Positions 51,032 to 59,380 of a stretch of 64,000 nucleotides of DNA are shown here, one piece after another. Within the stretch, counting starts at the first letter, position 1. Every line of letters begins with the position of its first letter. The stretch covers positions 992,001 to 1,056,000 of the forward strand of contig CAWDTA010000002.1 of NCBI GenBank assembly GCA_963805085.1, in the 5' to 3' direction. The position numbers were made by a program, and so were the translations under genes. The DNA comes from an uncultured Veillonellaceae bacterium (GTDB lineage: Bacteria > Bacillota > Negativicutes > JARBTT01). The notes under the pieces are model-generated. The model was not told the DNA's origin and searched no databases. It saw only the letters and a list, made by a program, of their open reading frames with translations.

Positions 51032-51251
51032 ATGCCATTAATCAACGAAAAGCTTCAAGGAAGATTTAGAAAATTGAATAAGTTTGAAGGAATAAAGGAC
51101 AATAATGTATAAATAGTAAATGTATGGAGCTTTGTGCTGTTATAGTGGGAGGTGTTAAGAGTGTTCAGCTAGCAATAGAAACTGAGCGTGATGACTAAAT
51201 GAGGGGCATCCTACATGGTTAGATATGCAGATCATTAATATTTAAGATAGG

Positions 51252-52178
51252 GTGATAAATTTGAAAAATAAGAGAATATTCTGTTTAATTCTACTAATAT
51301 TAGTTGGAATCGTAAATGTAGCAGCTGCGAAAACAACGTATGATGTTTCTGCTGGTGATCGGAAGGATGAGGTAAACTTTAATTTTGCGAACGATACGAA
51401 TACACCTAATATATTATCTGAATTAAAATGGACGGATTTAAGAACCTATGAAGTCAGGCTGAATGGGAAAAGTGATATAAATAACAAATCATTTGTGGAA
51501 GGTTCGCTGGGGTATGGTTGGATCCATAGTGGGCATAATCAAGATTCCGATTATGCAGGGGACAATCGGACAGGGATGTCTTCAAGATCTGAAAATAATG
51601 CTGGGAATGGACATGTGGTGGACGGCTCCATAGGTTACGGATACTATATTAATAAACAAAAAAAGAGTAAGACAGCCCTAGTGGCTGGGTACTCAGTGAA
51701 TAAACAATCCTTGACACTCACAGATGGAAACCAAACTTTTTCTGATTTCGTGAATCAGTTTCAACCCATTGGTCCATTTTCTGGACTCAACAGTACCTTT
51801 GATACGCGTTGGAAGGGGCCTTATATTGGTTTGACTTTTGAAAAACAAGCGAGCGCAAAACTAAATCTTTTTTCACGATTTGAATATCATTTCACAAATT
51901 ACTATGCAGAAGGTAACTGGAACTTAAGTAGCGCATATGCTCATCCAAAAAGTATTGAACAAAGTGCCAGTGGATATGGTACAATTTTTAGTGTAGGGTC
52001 AGAATATCAAATGAATAAAGAATGGGCTTTAAAAGCAAAGATGAATTTTTCTCATTTTAAAACGAAAGCTGGAGTTCATAGAGCTTTTGCAGCTGATGGC
52101 AATACATATGAAACACGTTTGAATGAAGCAAACTGGGGCTCACGATCCTTTAATCTAAATGTAACTAAAAAATTCTAA
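51252..52178 (+). CDS. Outer-membrane beta-barrel, omptin/Protochlamydia-OMP-like
   Basis: Signal peptide (AAA-K), NILSELKW and QDSDY omptin-like motifs, amphipathic beta strands, C-terminal Phe. Confidence 0.75.
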   Translation: MINLKNKRIFCLILLILVGIVNVAAAKTTYDVSAGDRKDEVNFNFANDTNTPNILSELKWTDLRTYEVRLNGKSDINNKSFVEGSLGYGWIHSGHNQDSDYAGDNRTGMSSRSENNAGNGHVVDGSIGYGYYINKQKKSKTALVAGYSVNKQSLTLTDGNQTFSDFVNQFQPIGPFSGLNSTFDTRWKGPYIGLTFEKQASAKLNLFSRFEYHFTNYYAEGNWNLSSAYAHPKSIEQSASGYGTIFSVGSEYQMNKEWALKAKMNFSHFKTKAGVHRAFAADGNTYETRLNEANWGSRSFNLNVTKKF

Positions 52179-52273
52179 TAATGGCGAAAGTCAATAGTAT
52201 GGATTGAGAAAGTATAGAAAGAGAACTACATTGGAATTTTTAACATTATAATTAAATAGGACAAAAGTCCCGT

Positions 52274-52302
52274 TTGACATAATTTGCTAAAAGATATATA
52301 AT
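52274..52302 (+). promoter_or_regulatory. Consensus sigmaA promoter driving the riboswitch-agr transcript
   Basis: TTGACA-N17-TATAAT, a perfect consensus. Confidence 0.85.
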
Positions 52303-52311
52303 TTAGACAAA

Positions 52312-52398
52312 ATAATACGTTGGCAAACTCATTGAAAAGTGAGGACGCAAAGCTATGGGTCTAGAGGGTTTTTAACCTATGATTGCCAGGTTGCAACT
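52312..52398 (+). ncRNA. c-di-GMP-I (GEMM) riboswitch aptamer
   Basis: GGCAAAC-stem-GAAA loop-GGACGCAAAGC..GGGUCUA..AUGAUUGCCAGGUUGC matches the GEMM-I consensus; G at the Vc2 G20-equivalent position. Confidence 0.92.
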
Positions 52399-52401
52399 TG
52401 A

Positions 52402-52433
52402 AAAAGTGAGGCTAGATGTCTTGCTTTTTTTTT
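52402..52433 (+). terminator. Riboswitch expression-platform terminator
   Basis: aagtgaggc / gtcttgctt stem (with G-U pairs) followed by a T9 run, immediately 3' of the aptamer. Confidence 0.75.
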
Positions 52434-52596
52434 GACAACGAAAACGTTATTTCGTATTTGATTCGCATTTAATGGGAAATAAGGGGGGATTTTATTACCG
52501 TAGTTTAGTTAAGAAACTGTTGTGTGTGAAATAGATAAGAAAATCGTCATAGAAATAAATGGTTAATTCTAATATTAGTTTAAGGAAGGGAAGAAA

Positions 52597-53910
52597 GTGC
52601 CAGAAATTGATTTTAAGGTAGTAATTTTTAATTCTTTTCCTGAAGCGATGGTATTAGCATGGTTAAGCCTGTCGCTTTTAGGGATAAGGCCACGTTTTTA
52701 CCAAATACTATTGATCGGATGTTTACAGACCGTTTTTGTTATGATTCTTTATTTTGTTATTGGGAAATTGATTCCCATCCCTTTTGGTGTTCATACAATA
52801 ATGCAATTGGCTTGTTTGGCTGGAATAATACACGTTGTCACAAGGATTCCTTATAACAGCAGTTGCTTGGCTACTTTGTTCGGAATTAGTATTTATTGCT
52901 GTATTGATTGTTGGGTGACGCCAATATGTGTTTATATTTGGGGACAGTCTCTTGTCGATTTCGCAAATAACTGGTGGATGCGAATGTCTTATTTCACTTT
53001 GCAAATGTTCATTAATATAATGATTATTTTTTTGATTCGCAAGTTTAGTCTTTGGTTACCAGACGGAGCAGACTCTGGGCGTAGCAAAACGTTGCTAGGA
53101 TTGGCCGGGCTGTTGGCTACGCAAACGTTAATAATAGATTTTTTTTGTTGGAAATATTATCTGGCTTATGCGGATGCTTTTAAGGCGCCCATACATTTAT
53201 ATTTTGTTTTAATAAACGCAATCTTACCGTTGATTACGATGGTTATTATCAGGCAATTCATGGGGTTTATTCGTCGGGAAGTAGAAGATAAGACGCAACT
53301 CGATACGCTTAGTCATGTGGAAGGACTGCTGTATACAATGCGAACGCAGCGTCACGATTTTAGCCATGAATTACAGGTGATTTACGGTTTGTTGCAAGTA
53401 GAGGAGTATCAAGAAGCCCTAAATTATTTAAAAAAGAGTGTGACCGAGGTTGCTGCGACTTCAGAATTGGTCAAAACCGATAATCTTGGTGTCACGGCAT
53501 TGCTCTACACGAAGACTGGCTTGGCAGAAGCCCGCAAAATTACTTTGCATATTACCGTGGAAACGAGTTTGAAACAAGCTCCCTTAGAAGCAAGGGATAT
53601 CAATGTGATTCTGGGTAACCTGATTGACAATGCCATGGATGCGGTGGAAAAATTGCCAATACCAGAAAGGCAGGTGTCAGTTACCATTGGGCTGGGAATA
53701 GACGGGTACATATTGGAAGTACAAAACTATGGAGCACCAATTCCACCAGCTATAATTGGCAAAATATTTATGCCCGGTGTTTCGTCGAAAGGACAGGGGC
53801 ACGGCATGGGATTATACAGCATTCAAAAGCTTGTAAGTAAATACAATGGTAAAATCAAGGTGAAAAGCGATAACAATGGTACTTCTTTTCATGTCGTGAT
53901 TCCGGAGTAA
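52597..53910 (+). CDS. agrC: AgrC-like membrane sensor histidine kinase
   Basis: About 6-7 TM N-terminus, RHDF phospho-His box, NLIDNAMDA N-box, SKGQGHGMGL G-box; adjacent to agrB/D/A. Confidence 0.88.
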   Translation: MPEIDFKVVIFNSFPEAMVLAWLSLSLLGIRPRFYQILLIGCLQTVFVMILYFVIGKLIPIPFGVHTIMQLACLAGIIHVVTRIPYNSSCLATLFGISIYCCIDCWVTPICVYIWGQSLVDFANNWWMRMSYFTLQMFINIMIIFLIRKFSLWLPDGADSGRSKTLLGLAGLLATQTLIIDFFCWKYYLAYADAFKAPIHLYFVLINAILPLITMVIIRQFMGFIRREVEDKTQLDTLSHVEGLLYTMRTQRHDFSHELQVIYGLLQVEEYQEALNYLKKSVTEVAATSELVKTDNLGVTALLYTKTGLAEARKITLHITVETSLKQAPLEARDINVILGNLIDNAMDAVEKLPIPERQVSVTIGLGIDGYILEVQNYGAPIPPAIIGKIFMPGVSSKGQGHGMGLYSIQKLVSKYNGKIKVKSDNNGTSFHVVIPE

Positions 53911-53947
53911 TTAGAGATTAACAAGTTACAAGTGTTAATGATTTTGG

Positions 53948-54604
53948 ATGGAGATGAGAAATATGAGAGATTTAAGAAGTGTTGCCGAAGATACGGCGCA
54001 TTATTTGGGGGCGGAATTGCACCTTGATACTAAAGAAACGGCGGCGATACGGTTCGGACTAGAATCGCTTTTGGACTTCATTATTAATCTTGGGGCTATA
54101 ATTGGTGTTGCCTGGTGGATGGGAATTACGTCGTACGTTTTGGCAGTTTTGGTTCCATCAAGTTTGTTACGACTTGTTTCTGGGGGGGCTCACTGTTCTA
54201 CTTTTTTGCGTTGCTTAGTTCTGAGTTTGGCTATTATGATCGGTTTTGGCCAGTTGGCTGCTAAAATAATGATATCGCAATCCTTACTTTACGCTTTAAT
54301 TGTTTTTTTAGCCGCTAGTGGAGTGTACACCATACATAACTGGGTACCAGCCGATACGCCAGCAAAACCGATTGTTTCAACTAGGAAAAGAGCGATGTAT
54401 AGGAAAATTTCTTATATCTATATGGCTATTTGGACAGTTGCGATGAGCGGGCTAACCTCTTGGGGAGAGTCGGTTTCGGGGGTCGCTTTCGCGAGTATAG
54501 GGGGAGTTGGCTGGCAAATTTTTAGTATTACGCCTGCTGGTTATCACTTCGTTGCTATAATGGAGAAGTTGGTTGATAAAACAATAGTGCTTTTTAAACA
54601 ATAA
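53948..54604 (+). CDS. agrB: AgrB-family peptide-processing membrane endopeptidase
   Basis: LRLVSGGAHCSTFLRC (catalytic His/Cys) and PADTPAKP motifs. Confidence 0.92.
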   Translation: MEMRNMRDLRSVAEDTAHYLGAELHLDTKETAAIRFGLESLLDFIINLGAIIGVAWWMGITSYVLAVLVPSSLLRLVSGGAHCSTFLRCLVLSLAIMIGFGQLAAKIMISQSLLYALIVFLAASGVYTIHNWVPADTPAKPIVSTRKRAMYRKISYIYMAIWTVAMSGLTSWGESVSGVAFASIGGVGWQIFSITPAGYHFVAIMEKLVDKTIVLFKQ

Positions 54605-54610
54605 AATAAC

Positions 54611-54678
54611 CTTTTTGGACAAACATGCGGTCTTTTTTGACAAGAAATATTGTATGTAGTAAATACCTTGTCTATACT
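54611..54678 (+). promoter_or_regulatory. LytTR(AgrA)-type direct repeat and promoter for agrD-agrA
   Basis: CTTTTTGGACAA (54611) and CTTTTTTGACAA (54632), 21-bp period, just upstream of TTGTAT-N17-TATACT. Confidence 0.7.
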
Positions 54679-54724
54679 TAGGATAGTAATTATTATAACT
54701 TTTAGTCAGAAAGGAGGAGTCAAA

Positions 54725-54892
54725 TTGCTTAATTTTAAACAGAAGATGTTACATTATGCAGTTAATAAACAGAAGATGTTACATTATGCAGCTAAGGCAA
54801 TGCTTGGGGCATCGATTTTATTTTTCCTACCAGCTTGCATGGTTGGTGCATATCAACCACAAGTGCCAGAACATTTATTAGACCATGAATAA
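54725..54892 (+). CDS. agrD: AgrD autoinducing-peptide precursor (55 aa; predicted ring CMVGA)
   Basis: AGGAGG RBS plus TTG; MLNFKQKMLHYAVNKQKMLHYAAKAMLGASILFFLPA-CMVGA-YQPQVPEHLLDHE fits the clostridial C-x4-YQPxxP pattern. Confidence 0.88.
   Translation: MLNFKQKMLHYAVNKQKMLHYAAKAMLGASILFFLPACMVGAYQPQVPEHLLDHE
54736..54795 (+). repeat. 30-bp in-frame tandem duplication within agrD
   Basis: taaacagaagatgttacattatgcag(t/c)taa repeated twice, 1 mismatch. Confidence 0.95.
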
Positions 54893-54922
54893 TAACATGA
54901 GGGTATAAAAGGTAAATTTCAT

Positions 54923-55672
54923 ATGCTAAAAGTCATTATCGCCGATGATGATCCTTTAATGCGGCGGATTTTAAAACGCGTGCTTACGGAGATTCCAGGA
55001 GTAGATATCGTTGGTGAAGCGGAAGATGGACGGCAGCTCGTTGATATGGTGGAGAAACTGGAACCAGAAGTTATATTCTTGGATGTTGATATGCCAGAAC
55101 TAAACGGCATTGAGGCATCCAAAGAAATCTTTGATGTTAATCCTAATATTTTTCTCATCTTCGCGACTGGTTTTAATTGTTATGCTCGTGAGGCGTTTGA
55201 AGTTTACGCCTTTGATTATCTGACGAAACCTTTTGATTTAGAACGAATTCGGCAAACAATAAACCGTATTGCAGGATTAAAAGCAGAAAAAGAGCAGGTT
55301 GAGTTACTAAAACGCGAAAAGCCGTTGCCTAGAGAAGAGAATCTCAAGCTTAAGGTTCTATCTAATGATAAAAGCACATTTATCAATGTTTCCGATATTA
55401 TATTTATTACCCGGAATGAGCGTAAAACTATGATTTATGTTACAGGAGAGATGGTAGTTCAAACGTATGAGCCACTGCAAAAGTTTGAAGAGTCCTTAAA
55501 AAAACACCGTTTTTTCCGTTGTCACAAGGGATTTATCATTAATCCAGATATGGTGATGGAACTTTCTCCTTGGGGGAATAAAACCTATTTGGTTAAGTTG
55601 GCGAATACAAAAGAAACAGCGTTGATGACCTTGGAACACGCCAAGGAATTTCAGAATCGATATTGTTTATAA
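54923..55672 (+). CDS. agrA: AgrA-like LytTR response regulator
   Basis: REC domain (ADDD, FLDVDMP, YLTKP) plus LytTR FFRCHKGFIIN. Confidence 0.92.
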   Translation: MLKVIIADDDPLMRRILKRVLTEIPGVDIVGEAEDGRQLVDMVEKLEPEVIFLDVDMPELNGIEASKEIFDVNPNIFLIFATGFNCYAREAFEVYAFDYLTKPFDLERIRQTINRIAGLKAEKEQVELLKREKPLPREENLKLKVLSNDKSTFINVSDIIFITRNERKTMIYVTGEMVVQTYEPLQKFEESLKKHRFFRCHKGFIINPDMVMELSPWGNKTYLVKLANTKETALMTLEHAKEFQNRYCL

Positions 55673-55695
55673 ATAGAATACTAGAAGTTGGTTAA

Positions 55696-55757
55696 GTCTC
55701 CTTGGTAGATATATAGTATGTTACTACATGCTTGTATCTGCTAAGGGGATTTTTTTC
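55696..55757 (+). terminator. Long terminator hairpin after agrA
   Basis: tctccttggtagata..gtatgt / acatgc..tatctgctaagggga plus T-run. Confidence 0.75.
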
Positions 55758-55792
55758 TTTCTGTAAAGCGAATAGTTTCATTCATACAAATC

Positions 55793-55863
55793 GACCTTTT
55801 AATCAGGAAAGTTGCTTTTTCTGACAATATCTATAGAAATAGAGGCAAAATTTTGGTAAAAAT
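55793..55863 (+). promoter_or_regulatory. Second putative AgrA site and extended -10 upstream of loaP
   Basis: CCTTTTAATCAG / TTTTTCTGACAA at a 21-bp period; TGnTAAAAA lies at the same offset from the repeat as the -10 of the agrD promoter. Confidence 0.5.
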
Positions 55864-56056
55864 AAGTAGAAACAATAGGAATAATCACTTAAATGTTGTT
55901 ATGCATGTGTAATCAAGCAATGCAAAAAAATTCTCTTGTATTTTTATAGCGGAGGCGCGTGAAAAGGGTCGAGGGAATGTTATAAATTACATTGAATGAG
56001 GGCCGCTTTTTCGTCTTTTAATGGTTCTAGATGATATTTTTTAGGAGGCAATTGTT

Positions 56057-56557
56057 TTGGAATGGTATGTATTGCGTACGGTTTGTGGCAAAGAGGATGC
56101 AACGTTAACTATTTTACGAAAAATGTTTTCTGAAGTCGAGCTTATTTATCCTAGGAGAAGGATCAGTTGGCGTAAGCAAGGTAGTTATATTGATTTAGTA
56201 AGACCATTGTTTGATGGGTATCTGTTTATTTCATATCCGAAAGAGAAAATTAGAGTCTTTGATCAAATATTACGTATGCGTAATTTAAATATTGCTTGGT
56301 TAGTATATAGCGGTGGCGAATTAATCCCGATTTTAAGTGAAGAAAAGCAATTAATTCAAAAACTTATGGGTAGTGATGGAATCGTTGAAGTAAGTACAGT
56401 TGAGAAACAGAATGAACAATTGCAGGTAGTCAACGGGCCACTCGTAGGATTAGAGCATATAGTTACAAAAGTTTCCCGTAGGAATCGGCGTATTACAGTA
56501 GAAATCCCGATGTTAGACGAAGTAAGGAAGATAGAGTTAGAAGGGAATTTAATATAA
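56057..56557 (+). CDS. loaP: NusG-paralogue antiterminator (LoaP-type)
   Basis: WYVLRTVCGKE NGN start, PLFDGYLF, KOW with NGPLVGLE and basic SRRNRRI; located at the head of a PKS cluster. Confidence 0.85.
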   Translation: MEWYVLRTVCGKEDATLTILRKMFSEVELIYPRRRISWRKQGSYIDLVRPLFDGYLFISYPKEKIRVFDQILRMRNLNIAWLVYSGGELIPILSEEKQLIQKLMGSDGIVEVSTVEKQNEQLQVVNGPLVGLEHIVTKVSRRNRRITVEIPMLDEVRKIELEGNLI

Positions 56558-56567
56558 AAGATGGAAA

Positions 56568-56596
56568 GGGGACGCTTTATGGCGTTTCTTTTTTTT
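56568..56596 (+). terminator. Internal terminator after loaP
   Basis: gggacgc-tttatg-gcgtttc stem plus T8. Confidence 0.7.
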
Positions 56597-56624
56597 GTAG
56601 TGAAGAATTAGGAGGAAGAGTAGT

Positions 56625-57425
56625 ATGACAGAAATAAGTATAGTAAATAAGTGGATTCCGTATAGAAGACCAAATAAGTATCCGGGGCTACGCCTTTTTT
56701 GTTTTCCTTATGCAGGAGGTAGTGCCTCCGTCTTTCGCGATTGGATTCATTCTTTTCCAAAGGGAATAGACGTTTGCCCCATACAGTACCCTGGAAGGGA
56801 AAAAAGAATATTTGAGGAGTCATTTACTTCAATGGAATGTTTAACGGAGGAGTTATCTAACGTACTACTGCCGGAATTAGATATTCCATTTGCTTTTTTT
56901 GGACATAGCCTAGGTGCCTTGATTAGTTTTGAACTAGCTCGTCGACTTCAACGAAATGGTGTCAGTCCAGTTCATTTATTTATATCTAGTTACCGTGCGC
57001 CTATAATAGCAAGAAGAAAGGCGCCCATGCATTTATTGCCAGATGCTGAGTTTGTAGAGAGATTGCGTGAATATAATGGTACTCCAGATGCCGTACTGCA
57101 AAACAATGAATTGATGAAGCTGCTATTACCTACGCTCAGAGCAGATTTTGCACTTCATGAAACATATGTATACTCAGCTGGCGTTCCATTAACCTGTCCT
57201 ATTTCTGCTTTTGGAGGACTGGAAGATCTAGAGGTCAAAATTAATGATTTGGAATTATGGAAAGACCAGACCACGGGAAATTTTCGACTGCAGATGTTTC
57301 AAGGAGATCATTTTTATATTCATAACAATGATAAAGGTTTAATTAATTCGATAGTTAAAGATATGACTATTGATTATCAAAGAGTTTTGACAAATCAAGA
57401 ATATAGGAATACTCAAAGTAACTAA
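56625..57425 (+). CDS. Type II thioesterase (GrsT/RifR-like)
   Basis: FPYAGGSAS, QYPGRE, GHSLG nucleophile, LRADF, GDHFY. Confidence 0.93.
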   Translation: MTEISIVNKWIPYRRPNKYPGLRLFCFPYAGGSASVFRDWIHSFPKGIDVCPIQYPGREKRIFEESFTSMECLTEELSNVLLPELDIPFAFFGHSLGALISFELARRLQRNGVSPVHLFISSYRAPIIARRKAPMHLLPDAEFVERLREYNGTPDAVLQNNELMKLLLPTLRADFALHETYVYSAGVPLTCPISAFGGLEDLEVKINDLELWKDQTTGNFRLQMFQGDHFYIHNNDKGLINSIVKDMTIDYQRVLTNQEYRNTQSN

Positions 57426-57532
57426 AATTTTATTGCGTAAACACTGTTAATATGAAGGATATCACAAAGTGATAATAGATGATTTAAAATAGCAACATTA
57501 TCTATTTAATCATCATATAAGGAGATTTCAAT

Positions 57533-59233
57533 ATGTTTAAAGGAAAAAGAATTTCATTATTAATACAAATTGTAGGTATGTATATTTTAATTATTGTTTT
57601 GTTTATCTCAACGGCTGTTTTTTCTGTTTATAGTATAGAAGCTATAGACAATGAGATAGATGCAGTTTCAGATCGTACGGTGCCGCGTATGATACAGATG
57701 AAAGAAGCTCAAAATTTATTTACGCGTGCGTTATTAAATATGAGAGGCTTTATACTGTATGCTGATGGATCAGCTTACGAAACTAATTACCGAAATGATA
57801 TTAGCAAAGCGATAAAAGAAGTGCAAGGGTATAGAGAAACTTCAAATGAAAAAGAAACCCAAGTACAAAGTGAAAAAATACTGCAAGAATTACAAGCATA
57901 TCAAATGGTTGGTGACAAAATAATAAATGCTAAAAAAAATAATGCTCCAAATCTTGGTGAGATAACGTCGCAAGGAAGAATTATAGTAGATAGAATTAAT
58001 GATGAATTTATAAAGTTGGCTGGCATACAAACGCAATACTTTAAGGATCAAACAGCTAATATGAATAACGATATGGATAAAACAATTTCAAGAATGCAAA
58101 TGGCTTCCTTAATTATTTCAATTTTGAGTATACTATTAGCATTTTTCTACACGAAAAGATTATTAAAACGTATTTCAGTATTAAATGACGTTATAGTTCA
58201 GATTGGCAGATTAGATTTAACACCTAGCTTATATAAAGTGTCAATTAATGATGAAATTGGTGATATGCTACAACATCTTGAAGAGGCAAAGAAAGGTGTT
58301 TGTCAAACCGTTGTTTATGTTCAAGAGTCAGCGGCTACGTTAGCCGCTTCTTGCGAAGAGTTGACGGCTACAACAGAAGAATTTTTACGGTCTATTGAAT
58401 CGGTTACGACGAATGTAAATGATATTGCTTCTAGCAGTTGTGAATCAGCAACTAGTATTACTGATATTTCGGCAACGATAGAAGAAGTTTCAGCGAGTGC
58501 AGAAGAAATGAGTGCAGGAACAATGCGAATAGAGAAAAATGCGCAAGACGCAGTAACTGAATCGCAAAAAGGTATGAATTTACTAGAAGAAGTAGTAAAT
58601 CAAAATGGGACGATTTCTAATTCTATGGGAAAAATGGGGAAAGCTGCAAATGCTTTAAATAAATCATCGGAAAAAATCAAAATGATTATTGATGTTATTT
58701 CAAATATTGCAGGTCAGACCAATTTACTTGCATTAAATGCTGCCATTGAGGCGGCACGTGCTGGTGAGGCAGGAAGAGGCTTTGCCGTGGTTGCTGAAGA
58801 GGTCAGAAAGCTTGCTGAACAATCTGAGGATTCAACGAAAGAGATTACTATTATTATTAAAGAAATCAGTGATGAAATAAACAATATGTCAGAGTTCTCA
58901 AGCATTGCATCAATTGAAACAGAAAAAGGCAAGGAATTCGCTTTAAATACCAAACAAGGTTTTGAAAAGATTATTGAACAATTAGAAAAAATTAGTGATA
59001 GCATCAAAGACATGTCTCATGCCTCGGAAGGAATTGCGCAAGGAACACAAGATACTGCTGGAAGTATACAAGCGATTAGCGAAACGGCTTCGTCTACTTC
59101 TAGTAAAACGCAAACGGTAGCAGCTGCTTCAGAGGAGCAGACAGCTAGCATGACAGAAGTGGCTAGGAGCATTGATCAACTAGCTAAATTAGCCATGAAA
59201 ATGAATGAAGAGATAGGCAAATTTAAAATTTAG
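57533..59233 (+). CDS. Methyl-accepting chemotaxis protein with a four-helix-bundle-type sensor, embedded in the PKS cluster
   Basis: TM-helical sensor (MRGFILY)-TM-HAMP (DEIGDM)-MA signature. Confidence 0.92.
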   Translation: MFKGKRISLLIQIVGMYILIIVLFISTAVFSVYSIEAIDNEIDAVSDRTVPRMIQMKEAQNLFTRALLNMRGFILYADGSAYETNYRNDISKAIKEVQGYRETSNEKETQVQSEKILQELQAYQMVGDKIINAKKNNAPNLGEITSQGRIIVDRINDEFIKLAGIQTQYFKDQTANMNNDMDKTISRMQMASLIISILSILLAFFYTKRLLKRISVLNDVIVQIGRLDLTPSLYKVSINDEIGDMLQHLEEAKKGVCQTVVYVQESAATLAASCEELTATTEEFLRSIESVTTNVNDIASSSCESATSITDISATIEEVSASAEEMSAGTMRIEKNAQDAVTESQKGMNLLEEVVNQNGTISNSMGKMGKAANALNKSSEKIKMIIDVISNIAGQTNLLALNAAIEAARAGEAGRGFAVVAEEVRKLAEQSEDSTKEITIIIKEISDEINNMSEFSSIASIETEKGKEFALNTKQGFEKIIEQLEKISDSIKDMSHASEGIAQGTQDTAGSIQAISETASSTSSKTQTVAAASEEQTASMTEVARSIDQLAKLAMKMNEEIGKFKI

Positions 59234-59323
59234 ATATAGACTGATTTAAAGATTGGATGATGCAAGAATTTGAGTTGAAAGAATTGGCAAATAAAAAATC
59301 ATGAGTCATAAATAGAAGTAAAG

Positions 59324-59350
59324 TAAACGCCTTAAGGCGTTTTCTTTTTT
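59324..59350 (+). terminator. Internal terminator before the FAAL/PKS genes
   Basis: aaacgcc-ttaa-ggcgttt plus T-run. Confidence 0.75.
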
Positions 59351-59380
59351 ATGAAAAATATAAACTTTGGAGGTTAATTC

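Noticed and set aside
51146-51198. Strong SD (GGGAGGTG) upstream of the outer-membrane gene
   Set aside because: The correctly spaced GTG hits a stop after three codons; no credible ORF.
52322-52322. Riboswitch as the 3'3'-cGAMP (GEMM-Ib) variant
   Set aside because: The specificity position equivalent to Vc2 G20 is G (GGCAAAC), consistent with c-di-GMP.
52427-52438. TTTTTTTGACAA as a third AgrA site
   Set aside because: It is mostly the terminator U-tract and has no partner repeat 21 bp away.
54650-54724. Longer 80-aa start for agrD given in the ORF track
   Set aside because: This region holds the promoter and the AGGAGG RBS, which points to TTG 54725.
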